Shown: in pieces, positions 37,301 through 45,027 of the stretch
Layout of the letters: every line of letters begins with the position of its first letter
How positions within the stretch are numbered: position 1 is the first letter of the stretch
NCBI GenBank assembly: GCA_963742415.1
Contig: CAVULX010000002.1
Span: 32,001 to 96,000 of the forward strand
Source of the DNA: an uncultured Parachlamydiaceae bacterium
Lineage (GTDB): Bacteria; Chlamydiota; Chlamydiia; Chlamydiales; Parachlamydiaceae
Direction of reading: 5' to 3'
Length of the DNA: 64,000 nt
Made by a program: the position numbers and the translations under genes
The notes under the pieces: generated by a model
Databases searched by the model: none
Told to the model about the DNA's origin: nothing
What the model saw: only the letters and a program-made list of their open reading frames with translations

Positions 37301-40168
37301 CATCGGCATCAATTAAGTTTCACTGTCGGCCTCCCCCAAAGGATCAACAAAGACTTTTATGTCGTGATGGAGGCCACCGCCCGCATTTTAATGCGTGATC
37401 GTGATCTAAAAAAAGCGATCAAAGAAAATAAGCTCTATAAAGTCGATCGATCTTCCTATAATACTACCATCAAGCCACGCCTGGCCAAAGCCATGAGCCA
37501 ATATTGGCGGTTTAACATTACCGATCCCGCCCGACAAAAAGAATTTATCGCTTTTGTATGCGACCAAGCTGAGGAAATCCCCTCATGGATCGCAAATTCC
37601 CCTTTGTTATATCAACAAATTTCTTTAGTCAAAGGGATCCTAGGGATCTTATTTCCCATGAATTTTAAAAATATGGCCAATGTCGACTTCATGGCTTCAA
37701 AAAAGGGGAATGGTGAATTCGCACGCCCAAGCGATGGAAACAGCCATGTAATCGAACAGGATTCCCTTCAAAATCCTTACGAAACTATGGTGAAGACCAT
37801 GTTGATGTTGTTTACAAAAGGTCTTTCCAAAGAGCAGTTCCGGCAACTCCTAACAATATTGCATGAAAGAGCCTCTAAAGAAATCAAGGACAACAAACTC
37901 CTTTTTAAAGATTCCAAAGTATTCAAAAAATATGGAAAAAGCCTTCCCCAGCAATTTATGCAAAAAAATTGGAGCGATCATGACTTTAAAGTCTCTTATA
38001 GAAAATTGCGGCGGGATCCTGATGCTTCCCTTTTATATATCCGTTATCATATCTGGAAGCAGATCCTCTATTGGAAAAAATCGATCCAAATTACGGCGCA
38101 AGATTTTTCCATGTTATTCCATAGGCAAATTTCTTCCACAGGAACCCCCTTTAACGATGGAACATATCCGGCTTGGATAAAAATGCTGCGGGATCCTACG
38201 ACCATCGGAGAGCTCTTGCACATCATCTACCAAAAATGTCCCGAGAATGGTATTCATGTCCTCAAATCCAATGTTCCTAAAAAAATCCTGGCAGAAATCT
38301 TATCCAATTACTTTGCCGCCGGCACCCAGTTTTCAGCGATCATCGATGGTGGGGCTCAATTCACCGGTCTAAGCAACGAAAAAGTGGCGCGCATCATCAT
38401 GAAGCACTGTGATAAAAACAGGGAGGATATCAAAGCAGTGAAATTTTATAAGGAAGATGAAACCGGAAAGGAAAAGGTCTTTTGCTTTGTCAAAGGAAAC
38501 CCTCTTCCAGTTCCCGAGGCTTCTGCTCCTTTTGATCCAAAAATCTGCATCACATATTACGATCAATGCCACGGCTTCGGGGCAGATATTAAGCAGCTAG
38601 GCGATGGCTTGGTAACAATAGGCCCCAATCACCCTTTATACCGATGGCTTCAAGAACTCTTTCGGATCCGAGGCCTAAAAAAGCAGCAGCGTTTGAAGAA
38701 AGTTAAAGAAATTGATTTAAATTTCCCAACTCAACGCATTCACCTTTGTATGACCCCCGACATACAGAGGTTAATCATGGGGATGGCATTCGACGCTGTC
38801 AACGTCCCCACACCCACTCTCCCTGAAATTGTCGAATATGCTGTTCATAATGAAGCTGCCATCGCCGAAGAGGAACACTTCCCCTCAGCATGCAGAAAAG
38901 TCCTTATGGCCGTCAAGAAAGCAATCTACGAAAAAATTATTCTAACACCTTCAGAGAAATTTAAGGTCTGGAGCGGGATTTGGAAACAATTCGAAGGTTT
39001 ATTCGTCAATGAGATCGAAGATGATCCCGCCAAGCTTTTTGGTTTAGTAAAGGACAACCCAGACTCAAAAAAAGCCTTGTTAGAAGCTGCGAATGAAGCT
39101 TACGAGATAGTTTCCTCAAGCTCATTATTTACAAAAGAGGAAAAAGAAAAATTAAAAGATGAAATATCGAATTTACCTTTGCCCGTGTTAAATGATACTG
39201 TCACTATTTGGAGAAAAGGAAAAAATGGCGCTATTAAATTGTCCGCCTTGGATAGTCTTGAAACCTCTCAAACGGTTCAAACAAGCAATGAAGCCAACGA
39301 AGCCGCCAATGAAACAAATGAAACTGAAAATCAAAACGAACATCAACTCCAAAACCAGCAGCTTCTGCCCCAAGATAAATTCAACATGTCCCTATTCCAA
39401 GAGCGTGATTGGCCTGAAATAAAAGACCCCTCATCCATCGATTGGCTTAAAATCAGTTCCCCAAAATGCAAATCCCGATTCTTCCTTTCGGAATCATCCC
39501 TTATGGGGTTGCGCAAAAAGACAACATGCCGATTTTATTTGGCTCAAGATTTAATCGCCGACGCCAAAGCGGAAGTGATTAGCAAAGCCGCCGAATATTT
39601 TGACGATAGGCTGTGGATTCCTAATAATTTCGTGGCTCGAAAAGTTGCTTGGGGAGGTTTTTCACGTGAATATCCCTTCGACATAGGAAGCAAAGGTCAA
39701 TTCCGACTCAATACCGTTCTGATCCATTTCGTCGAGAAGGATCAAGGTCTTCACGAAGTTTTATCTATGGGGCCTTTATCTACACGAGACACTGGGCTGT
39801 GGCGAAAAAAGCTTTCGCGCAACCCCTCCTACAATTGGGCTGATAAAAAAGTCAAAACAGTCCTTTGGGATGTGCATTCTCAATCTATCCTCGCAGGATG
39901 CCCAATCGATCAAAATGGCCTACGACGTAATGAAGACCTGTTATTACTCGTTGGCCAATTGAAATTGTTAGATGGAGACCCCGAAATATCAAAAGAAAAA
40001 AAAGCAATGTCCCATTGGCTTGCCCAAGAAAACATCAATGCTGAAATTGTGAGAAGCGCTTTTGAAGCCATCCATTGGCAAAGGGGGCGCTTACCTTATC
40101 CCAGTTCCCCGGCAGACAAACTCTTCAGCAAAATGACTCCTAATCATCCTTTCGAAGAAGAGATCTAA
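28355..40168 (+). CDS. Giant protein 2 (3937 aa), paralog of giant protein 1
   Basis: Uninterrupted 11.8-kb ORF, GTG start 21 bp after paralog stop; EEPPGSGKT, IIDESHE, IIDGGA, YYDQCH. Confidence 0.9.
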   Translation: MNSIQAQNLYALLTKAITLNPSLPPSSLKSHLGAMYVPSPFQNNTVYPRESWQGRLCSWIQYPWKKNSLKQKTLRIFAGAIEALSTTSHPNLQDAQQMQVAKLYHEILKDGNQPHLPLHSHGPALNPAAEIKEMQDLASENRKAHLQNIECLSLLHTNDNRDSIDLKTFKTLFRADTDLEIQKALEYIKTYLMKHPRYAVDNFDQKLDIIQQALQENQKLITQFLPNGKPIHEDDRLLLMQQMSSKMAKDVHELNEHQKKMFVFSYGNSRPSLQSLFVKLRLLPPDIIKEFPPLIVEYLKQGKTPNENEIANDLIKSCLSMISTWADETDLGGVNVTDKGCSLLFPDSSRSLPSEVSSFLPDVFEAHLEQLLQGGVLGNAPLLFSNPQVKSALAWIAQNGEELLKNNPQQKVTEKVENCLIQFVQKKLNAHLDSLTTLLSNQLKEIQEAIPDHIIEMAGFDWLLFSGPIWIEFEKLANHSYSANIYSLGNSLNNHSINPRTGDPYFVLRLNQIHKDKIDSTFFYSLLSKHLEPYWNPDSTPKAYDIYSGPVTLLEGIQSSNKSDDPSVESKFPVSDLRMIQMSLFKSGSNNIQPVFEMQLEAVLNLCKPHLKRPQNVLVIRNPEVRNALKEAIPILKQSCITLKGNQENKEKIAQVEATLLEIQNAINSFHSETSQSIPLPEDMQKSFQEFLSSCGITTENMAHLKDFISWSLGDDAGQFFEEIFNYYKPFIPAETLTKKKSASFAFPSFYGKTQEWLFTSYSSIYFHIAKKALTLVLGISGFYSGGLRLTLSFPLIISILPYILPPAVLDWYHHIMNVIQLKLAQLVIRTLWKYALNEDTRQTINVLWKEWNQKIKETKGYIQQNPILSFKLETPVPIPESCEGSANLEVQPVFKPLEQFEQVCHDPDHTEQPNICPHAIHPIEKINSPKILEDTLNAWLSEAQKNYQIYKNAKTFDDFNVEELVRNKQTISLVQRILSLEVPSRFTQTIWDQLTDPEKYLDLLSDLGILMYQMKNQIYEYHFHTQENYRRSVYFDKRNLNLKFLAAMYQIQAILYSLGRRCSKSSLEKQSINATPLVALYQSIGFKIDDPTVLDKIQSICSYLMPDLDLNSHISPDDLSEHANFHLFHYCHPHKFGFEFLTNEDILANFLEGNLTFLSYAEYVYLNDVLQDPETDKKIKALGFSETLCSRKKMCILFQESFVFNRSDPLVPRPFSLLKLHTLLCQNINPDWLLSPANFTNPKLMQPPLYPPNCTMSREVCFSKISYYVDDFSVLNYSCPLFSSLESGFSPCLKWPQQNEMLILDPKACEDEPHVTHCSNNQQHTNVTTLFQNAYPEIEILEIAGKTPSERIIRLMNYLQKHKESLNLSSNSSSSLHLLVEAILFAPGALKEQIQHSSQFPQAIGKCFAELLQHFEKTNQLKNIIWLADLGLRTKRYCEYYEKKTSDFPDFNSLLRRFLNSKDESLDPFFHTLYARSFGFPKKGSLCHPIEPVIAFLNAWILLPHESAIPTKLGMNIYAFFIEEFSRWLPTIEQILNIPLHRDSILNALAKKLDWTLKDPDSKYWKKMPYNWLCFYNANICFDFEKPSFSTNYFHEADPFSNVSTKFLLKKTKQNHLVKRLVGNSISKPWKEVAPCQFQSEDNRFLIYFSNVSKGEIIILQNWKKAWYKPVEFTYSSEYFNPSLLKKLKVKSVENLNFWSNGSGPIKKLLIQNKDDHGTFLILRYNPSQPENFLRPGLKGSSSLSSLTAHAVPQNQYIDGLKPLIRFSPANKISAKASPGQNSLSEIVLENRKLHFDIKKNSGSQEIASSREFLNFHIAPLQSHPVLQHISSYLVLESPGGRKKVLIDKKQWLTGIASRLTFLAGPFERYCLDLFAQQEGFISDEYFTFEIVEEGSGKSSLMSSDPAALGFLLILYICQGEKNEANLICQKLEWLYNSQKVPITAWDSISLLAFIPIEFEGIGPIRRRLFSAFELNRLRFMDNPKPPKKEPEIKKKENELKLKDRIDSNIKSKDNLDCPPKKSAYDHLFSLFDFFQEDANSNKSKTPSDPGNDLKKGSEPNQSSPLLAKLPENCPSFLRNIAVAGSILIDLRQHLSNPQYPFSTTQELFLFKCAFHQLEIILRDQTGSSDDVLEFFDAVGWDTVIEATCFSPGLSKRYRTLKKKAGINDSLISTLFNGLICLLTTSSGINQLLPGNTKYGHLPWNQKGGFLGTLSQVFSRFRDKKYINVQALNLSELHNCMKPYLEGYPPIEPERLKPEEFKEYFATYYSLAREDFPYLDQDFMRPHHPTKQQLIRLLKFHKGGWDKQTEVLVFILQAVLAYPSSFPPTAELLSAHKTASNSASDQKKNAWHELFVSLNDKAFLSYLAMEYIEPLYRCLLSSSLLLSAHVHFSEAIPEELLSIPYLAPLIKIATTTTKDISSVLFADKTAKLLYPITPNIGMEIIALIEKRDISYIISFILKIFLTWLVLVILEKTTLKTISRAAKITSIANSALIPITGAASQSHLFTLAGAGTAKYFACKKLQMPLEWHQLLPCPALTVPLLHLAGKSYHLLSKSKQANIIKTQEKKQHNSADFSALNCDENLFNTFFKKLFSLAFVENTSQSIPTEKIVQKIQLKNGVNAIVKDRIQRVNDSIEAFYKKTTGILSSYELTKPGALADIYIHLQTFYFSLSSHLKEEKALLLSTLNLSKRGKTQNEITLPQVQNYIEKSTFGSLGKEICLSDAELPKIELAIGRLHLKTSRLQQIERLLEFFNLLFKLSPESNWEKYYETVEAIAIELSNKTGFSLDKNPSKLTRYNLQFEAGSGNLLWEHQTNNRKKVLYDYPGNVVTEEPPGSGKTHYALPLTIAHELNGHQLVLSIAPRQLAGDNQPKINSQLNTIFNKRSYAQSFHRDIWLNKKNLESLVILFTQSREVGEAIQITKEDIQTLRALLDDRLYNYFYKIECKNSSEKECLILLHKILNEFYSHGLAIIDESHEAYRHRHQLSFTVGLPQRINKDFYVVMEATARILMRDRDLKKAIKENKLYKVDRSSYNTTIKPRLAKAMSQYWRFNITDPARQKEFIAFVCDQAEEIPSWIANSPLLYQQISLVKGILGILFPMNFKNMANVDFMASKKGNGEFARPSDGNSHVIEQDSLQNPYETMVKTMLMLFTKGLSKEQFRQLLTILHERASKEIKDNKLLFKDSKVFKKYGKSLPQQFMQKNWSDHDFKVSYRKLRRDPDASLLYIRYHIWKQILYWKKSIQITAQDFSMLFHRQISSTGTPFNDGTYPAWIKMLRDPTTIGELLHIIYQKCPENGIHVLKSNVPKKILAEILSNYFAAGTQFSAIIDGGAQFTGLSNEKVARIIMKHCDKNREDIKAVKFYKEDETGKEKVFCFVKGNPLPVPEASAPFDPKICITYYDQCHGFGADIKQLGDGLVTIGPNHPLYRWLQELFRIRGLKKQQRLKKVKEIDLNFPTQRIHLCMTPDIQRLIMGMAFDAVNVPTPTLPEIVEYAVHNEAAIAEEEHFPSACRKVLMAVKKAIYEKIILTPSEKFKVWSGIWKQFEGLFVNEIEDDPAKLFGLVKDNPDSKKALLEAANEAYEIVSSSSLFTKEEKEKLKDEISNLPLPVLNDTVTIWRKGKNGAIKLSALDSLETSQTVQTSNEANEAANETNETENQNEHQLQNQQLLPQDKFNMSLFQERDWPEIKDPSSIDWLKISSPKCKSRFFLSESSLMGLRKKTTCRFYLAQDLIADAKAEVISKAAEYFDDRLWIPNNFVARKVAWGGFSREYPFDIGSKGQFRLNTVLIHFVEKDQGLHEVLSMGPLSTRDTGLWRKKLSRNPSYNWADKKVKTVLWDVHSQSILAGCPIDQNGLRRNEDLLLLVGQLKLLDGDPEISKEKKAMSHWLAQENINAEIVRSAFEAIHWQRGRLPYPSSPADKLFSKMTPNHPFEEEI

Positions 40169-40766
40169 AACCTAACCGGTAGTAGACAATAAGGACACAA
40201 AATACACCTAAAACTAATAGCGTTGACGGCTCAGGGGTTGATATAGTCGCAGATAAATTATTCAGCAATATGTCACTACCCCCCTGGGCTTGTATTGAGA
40301 GATATTGATATGAATTTGAAATTGACTGAGACGAATTACCGGTATTAATATCAGTCACTCCATTAAATAAGAGCTGACCCAGCGCGCCTTTTGAATTCGA
40401 TCCATAAACATTCCAAGACTCCCCCCCGCCTACTCCCCCTAGAGAGAGATCCACTTCATTAGGATTCAACATCCAGACCTTAGAAACGTCCAGCTGAATA
40501 AAGCCCTTCTGGTCCTTGCCGCTCAAACCCAGGCCATTGGTCGATCTATTAGAGTCGCTATACCCATACAAAAGGTGAGCATTCCCATTTGCATCAAAGC
40601 CGTATACGCTAACTTCTGCTCCATTATCTGTGTAGATTTGAAAACTTCCTAAAGCCCCTGTATAGGTATTAAAATTGTAAAAATAGACAGAGCTTGACCA
40701 AAGATTTGTGACTAGACAACACCCTAAAATTAAACCAAATAGGAAAGAAAAGACTTTTTCTCTCAT
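40140..40766 (-). CDS. Secreted protein with PEP-CTERM-type sorting signal
   Basis: ATG preceded by GGAGG; signal peptide; Gly/Ser/Asn-rich body; C-terminus TPEPSTLLVLGVFCVLIVYYRLGFRSLLRKDD. Confidence 0.85.
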   Translation of the reverse strand: MREKVFSFLFGLILGCCLVTNLWSSSVYFYNFNTYTGALGSFQIYTDNGAEVSVYGFDANGNAHLLYGYSDSNRSTNGLGLSGKDQKGFIQLDVSKVWMLNPNEVDLSLGGVGGGESWNVYGSNSKGALGQLLFNGVTDINTGNSSQSISNSYQYLSIQAQGGSDILLNNLSATISTPEPSTLLVLGVFCVLIVYYRLGFRSLLRKDD

Positions 40767-40854
40767 CTTCGCCCCTCCCCCTTATCTCAAGAGGAGTTTT
40801 CTGACCCTCTAACCAGAAGCTATCGCTTTACAAGAATATACACAAGGCATTTTT

Positions 40855-42426
40855 TTATGATTCATGCTCTAGAACTAAATTTAAATAAGGTTTCATCTTT
40901 TTTATTTCTTTTATTGTGCTTTTTGAAGCTTTCCATTGTATAATAATTAATTCATGTAAGTTATTTATAAGAGATATTGATTTTTCTATTGCCTTGTCAC
41001 TTAATCTTTCACAACGGGTTAAATTTAAAGTGTTTATCATTTTGCATCGGGAGGATATTTCGATGAGGGGCAAATCGGAAATATAAGTCCGCGCTAAATT
41101 AAGATAAGTCAACTGCGAATTAAAATTCGGAATGTCGATAAACCCTGCATCTGAAATCCCTCGGCATTCTTCAAGGCTTAATGAAACGAGCTCCGGAGCA
41201 GCTTCTAAAATAATTTTCAACTCTTCATCACCCACCTGTGAACAACGGGTTAAATCCAGACTGTGTAAAGCAGGCAGTTTTTTTAGCGCCCCCCACCCCT
41301 CAAAATCGACTTTAATGTTGCTTGTTAAAGTTAATTTTGACAATGCAGGGCAAAACCCTACGAGATTTTGAAAATTATCGTTTGTCATCCAACTACAAGC
41401 TCCCACATCCAACTCTTGCAAATCCTCAGGGATTTCCTTTAAATACTGGGAAAAATTGTTGGAGCGACTAATATCAAGGCAGATCAATTTAGGACATTGA
41501 TTCACAACCTTTGTGAAATCGATCTCCTCAGTCAAGCTCCCTCCACAGACAAGATGGGTAACAACCTCTTTGACCTGGTTAAAAATGCCCATTGAATTTT
41601 CTGTGAACTCAAAAAACTCAAAAGCCAATGTTTCAGGCCCCCGATTTTCCACTCGACAGCCAAGCTTGAAATCATTGATAAAGTTGCAGCAAAATGTCTT
41701 TAACTCTTCCCGATTATTTTTGATGGCTTTTAGTAGAGTCTCTACCACGTTTTCCTGCGTTAAATACTTCTTCAACTGAATTTGACACTCTCTAGATAAT
41801 TCTTTTAGATCCCATTTTGCTGCTATATTTAAAATTCTTATCAGCTCCTGTTTGTCCTTTAATGCCAAATCAAACGTGGAGCCTTTCAAGATATATTCTT
41901 CCACTGCATTAAAAACAGACCAGGAAATCTCTTGTAAAAAGAGCTCGCGGATGTTTCTATCCCTACATTCGCGACGACACATTTCACGCAGAAATTCACT
42001 GCTGGAGGCAAACATGAGGCCGCTGATCGATAATTGCGAATCCTTGAGCTTAACCTTTAAATTGAGCGGAAGGAAAGGCATTACCGTTTCATAATGGTTT
42101 CTCACCGCTTTCGCGATCCGTTGAGCAAAAGACATTAAAAGATGGTCTTGATAAAACTGCTCGGTCACCCAGCTTAAGGCCGCCTGCATAAATTGAGGAT
42201 GCATTTCTGCCCACGTTTCATCTTCGCAAGCTCTTTCAAGAAATTTAATCAAATGGGGAGGATGGGCAACTAAAAGTTTAAAAAGAATTTGATCTTCCGA
42301 AGCTTCTGAACAATATTGTAGAGATTTATGTAATAAGGCCGGCAATTCCATAGCTGCCCTAATTAATTTTTTTACCAGCTGCCAGTGCCTGTTTTTGGAG
42401 TGCGACGGCTTGCCACTGCACTCCAA
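40855..42426 (-). CDS. BTB/POZ-like + leucine-rich repeat protein (eukaryote-like, putative effector)
   Basis: BTB-like SGLMFASSSEFLREM...FNAVEEYI...LNIAAKWDLKELSRECQ and BACK-like LTQENVVETL; Cys-containing LRRs LHSLDLTRCSQV, LVSLSLEECRGI, INTLNLTRCERL; TTG start with GGAGG. Confidence 0.82.
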   Translation of the reverse strand: MECSGKPSHSKNRHWQLVKKLIRAAMELPALLHKSLQYCSEASEDQILFKLLVAHPPHLIKFLERACEDETWAEMHPQFMQAALSWVTEQFYQDHLLMSFAQRIAKAVRNHYETVMPFLPLNLKVKLKDSQLSISGLMFASSSEFLREMCRRECRDRNIRELFLQEISWSVFNAVEEYILKGSTFDLALKDKQELIRILNIAAKWDLKELSRECQIQLKKYLTQENVVETLLKAIKNNREELKTFCCNFINDFKLGCRVENRGPETLAFEFFEFTENSMGIFNQVKEVVTHLVCGGSLTEEIDFTKVVNQCPKLICLDISRSNNFSQYLKEIPEDLQELDVGACSWMTNDNFQNLVGFCPALSKLTLTSNIKVDFEGWGALKKLPALHSLDLTRCSQVGDEELKIILEAAPELVSLSLEECRGISDAGFIDIPNFNSQLTYLNLARTYISDLPLIEISSRCKMINTLNLTRCERLSDKAIEKSISLINNLHELIIIQWKASKSTIKEIKKMKPYLNLVLEHES

Positions 42427-42483
42427 AAAGAGGCCTCCATCAAGACCCCAACTCCAAAGTTATCTCTGCAATTGCTCAAATAT

Positions 42484-43653
42484 TTAAAACAAATCAAATT
42501 CAAGCAAGCGAGAGTCTATTCCACTATTGTTAATCACATGACGCTTTTTCGGAGCAAGACCAATTTCTTTTGCCAACTCGGACTGGCTGGTAAATATAAA
42601 TCCTCGAGCCGGCTTAGCGCTCCGCAGTTTCATAAAGTCTCCTAAAGCCCGATACAAAGGTTTAAGATTTTCCCCCTGCTCCAGCCGTTTCCCATGAGGG
42701 GGATTTGTAAATACCAGCGAGGGCTTTTGCGGGGGAATATAGTCCCGAAAATCATTTTGCATAATCTCTATAGCAGGGTGAAAACCTGCTGCTCGTATAT
42801 TTGTCTTGCAAACACGCACCGCATTTTTGTTATTGTCACAACCAAAAAACTGCCCTGCAACTAATTCCTTTCGTTTCTTATCCATGCCAGCTTTGATTTT
42901 GAGCCAAGCCTCCTGGGAAAATCCCGGCAGCAGCATAAATCCCCATGAAGAGCGTAAATAGCCAGGGGGTGTCTTTGTCGCCATCAAAGCAGCTTCTATC
43001 AGCAGGGTTCCCGAACCGCAGCATGGATCGCAAAATACTTCTTGTCCTTCAAAATTGGCCAGCGAAAGAAGGGCAGCCGCCACAGTTTCCTTCACGGGGG
43101 CCTCCACACTCTCTTGCCTGTACCCCCTCTTATGCAGAGGAATACCCGAAGTATCAAAGCTGATCACGGCAAAGGGTTCATTGATAAATAGGTTTAATTG
43201 GATATCCGGACGAGCGACATTGATGTTTGGGCGATACCCTTTTTCCTGCCTCAACTGATCGCAAATAGCGTCTTTGACCACCTGGGCGGCAAAAAGGCTA
43301 TGCCTAAGCTGTTTGTGAGTTACATTTGCATCAATAGCCAATGTTTTGCCCTTGGGTATAAAACGACTCCAATCAATTTCAGAGATCTCTTTATATAATG
43401 ATCGCGCGTTATAACAACGAAACTTCTTCAACGGAAGCAAAACACGGCTGGCTAGCCTAGAGCCATAATTAATCTTATAAATTTCTTCATAAATCTTTTC
43501 AGAAGAAGTTTGAACATAGACCCCACGAAAGCTCTGTTTTAACTTTTGACACCCAAACCCCTCGAGTTCCTTCTCTAATAAACTTTCTATCTCTTCCCCA
43601 CAGGTGACAAAAAGCTCATCCTTAGGAAAATTCTCTTTTTCCCTTTCTTTCAT
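42484..43653 (-). CDS. THUMP-domain rRNA m2G methyltransferase (RlmL-like)
   Basis: SRLASRVL, KDAICD, LHKRGYR..APVKETVAAA, DPCCGSGT, TNPPHG. Confidence 0.9.
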   Translation of the reverse strand: MKEREKENFPKDELFVTCGEEIESLLEKELEGFGCQKLKQSFRGVYVQTSSEKIYEEIYKINYGSRLASRVLLPLKKFRCYNARSLYKEISEIDWSRFIPKGKTLAIDANVTHKQLRHSLFAAQVVKDAICDQLRQEKGYRPNINVARPDIQLNLFINEPFAVISFDTSGIPLHKRGYRQESVEAPVKETVAAALLSLANFEGQEVFCDPCCGSGTLLIEAALMATKTPPGYLRSSWGFMLLPGFSQEAWLKIKAGMDKKRKELVAGQFFGCDNNKNAVRVCKTNIRAAGFHPAIEIMQNDFRDYIPPQKPSLVFTNPPHGKRLEQGENLKPLYRALGDFMKLRSAKPARGFIFTSQSELAKEIGLAPKKRHVINNSGIDSRLLEFDLF

Positions 43654-43702
43654 CTTCGTTCCTTCATTTTTGCATTAAAAAGATCAATAAGTTCCAGGCA
43701 TG

Positions 43703-44797
43703 CTAGTGATGCATGAAAATAATGACATCACCATCTTTAACGACATAATCCTTCCCTTCAAAGCGAACTTTCCCCATTTCCCGAGCTCCATTGCGCCCCC
43801 GAAATTTCACCATATCTTCATATGTGACAACTTCAGCCCTTACAAACCCCTTTTGTAAATCGGTATGGATTTTACCCGCGGCTTCGATCGCCGGGGTACC
43901 ATTTTTGAGGGTCCACGCACGCGTTTCCATTTCCCCCGTAGTTAAAAAGGTAATGAGATTCAACATCCCAAAGGAGGCATGGATAAGCCTTTGCAATCCC
44001 GATTCTTTCAGACCCAAGCTTTCCAGGTACAAAGTACGTTCAACAGGGGGCAGTTGCGCAATTTCCTCCTCTATCTTAGCACAGATGGCAATGACCCGGT
44101 TCCCTTCTGCTTCAGCATATTCCCGGACTTTGGCCACATATTCGTTTTCCATCCCTGGGAGATCTTTTTCATCTATATTAGCGGCATATAAAACTTTTTT
44201 ATTTGTCAAAAAAGGGTAGGGCTTGAGTAATTCTTGTTCTTCAGGAGTTAATTCCAAAAGGCGGATCGGCTTATTTTGATCCAAACATTTCTGCACTTTT
44301 TTCAAGGCTAAAATAACCTCCTCCTGCTCCTTTTTCCCTTTGGCCTGCTTTTCCAAACGGCTCAAAGAATTCTCAACCATTTGCATATCCGCCAGGCACA
44401 GCTCTAAATTGATCACCTGGATGTCTTGAATAGGGTCTATCTTGCCCGCCACGTGGATAATATCCGACGATTCAAAGCATCTCACAACATGGACAATGGC
44501 ATCTGTCTCTCGAATGTTGGCAAGGAATTGGTTGCCTAACCCCTCCCCTTTCGAAGCTCCCTCAACCAAACCGGCAATATCGACAAATTGCATCGTTGCA
44601 TACACAATTTTACCGCTATTTGAAAGTTGAGCTAAGCTCTGCAGCCGGGGATCAAACACGTCCACAATTCCAATATTAGGCTCTATGGTGCAAAAAGGAT
44701 AATTGGACGCTGCCGCCATAATCGATGTTAATGCATTAAACAGCGTCGATTTGCCGACATTGGGAAGTCCAACAATACCACAAGAAAGACCAGGCAT
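43703..44797 (-). CDS. ychF: Redox-regulated ATPase YchF
   Basis: [56 protein letters not shown]. Confidence 0.97.
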   Translation of the reverse strand: MPGLSCGIVGLPNVGKSTLFNALTSIMAAASNYPFCTIEPNIGIVDVFDPRLQSLAQLSNSGKIVYATMQFVDIAGLVEGASKGEGLGNQFLANIRETDAIVHVVRCFESSDIIHVAGKIDPIQDIQVINLELCLADMQMVENSLSRLEKQAKGKKEQEEVILALKKVQKCLDQNKPIRLLELTPEEQELLKPYPFLTNKKVLYAANIDEKDLPGMENEYVAKVREYAEAEGNRVIAICAKIEEEIAQLPPVERTLYLESLGLKESGLQRLIHASFGMLNLITFLTTGEMETRAWTLKNGTPAIEAAGKIHTDLQKGFVRAEVVTYEDMVKFRGRNGAREMGKVRFEGKDYVVKDGDVIIFMHH

Positions 44798-44874
44798 AAA
44801 TTTAAACCTCAATTAATACTTATTTCAAAACAAATACAATAGCATAACTCATATAATAAATATTCATTTTTTTC

Positions 44875-44904
44875 TTGACACTCGTAAAATTCATTATCTA
44901 TACT
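44875..44904 (+). promoter_or_regulatory. Putative sigma66/sigma70 promoter of the T3SS operon
   Basis: TTGACA-N18-TATACT about 120 bp upstream of sctU. Confidence 0.6.
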
Positions 44905-45027
44905 TAAAGTATACGGTAGTTTTGAAAGAGTTATAATGTTTTTTTAAGCGAGTGGGTTTTTTTCTGCGTGTTAAGGGCTGCCCTAAAATTCTCGGGATAA
45001 TAAAAGCGGCATTTAAAGAGGCTAATT

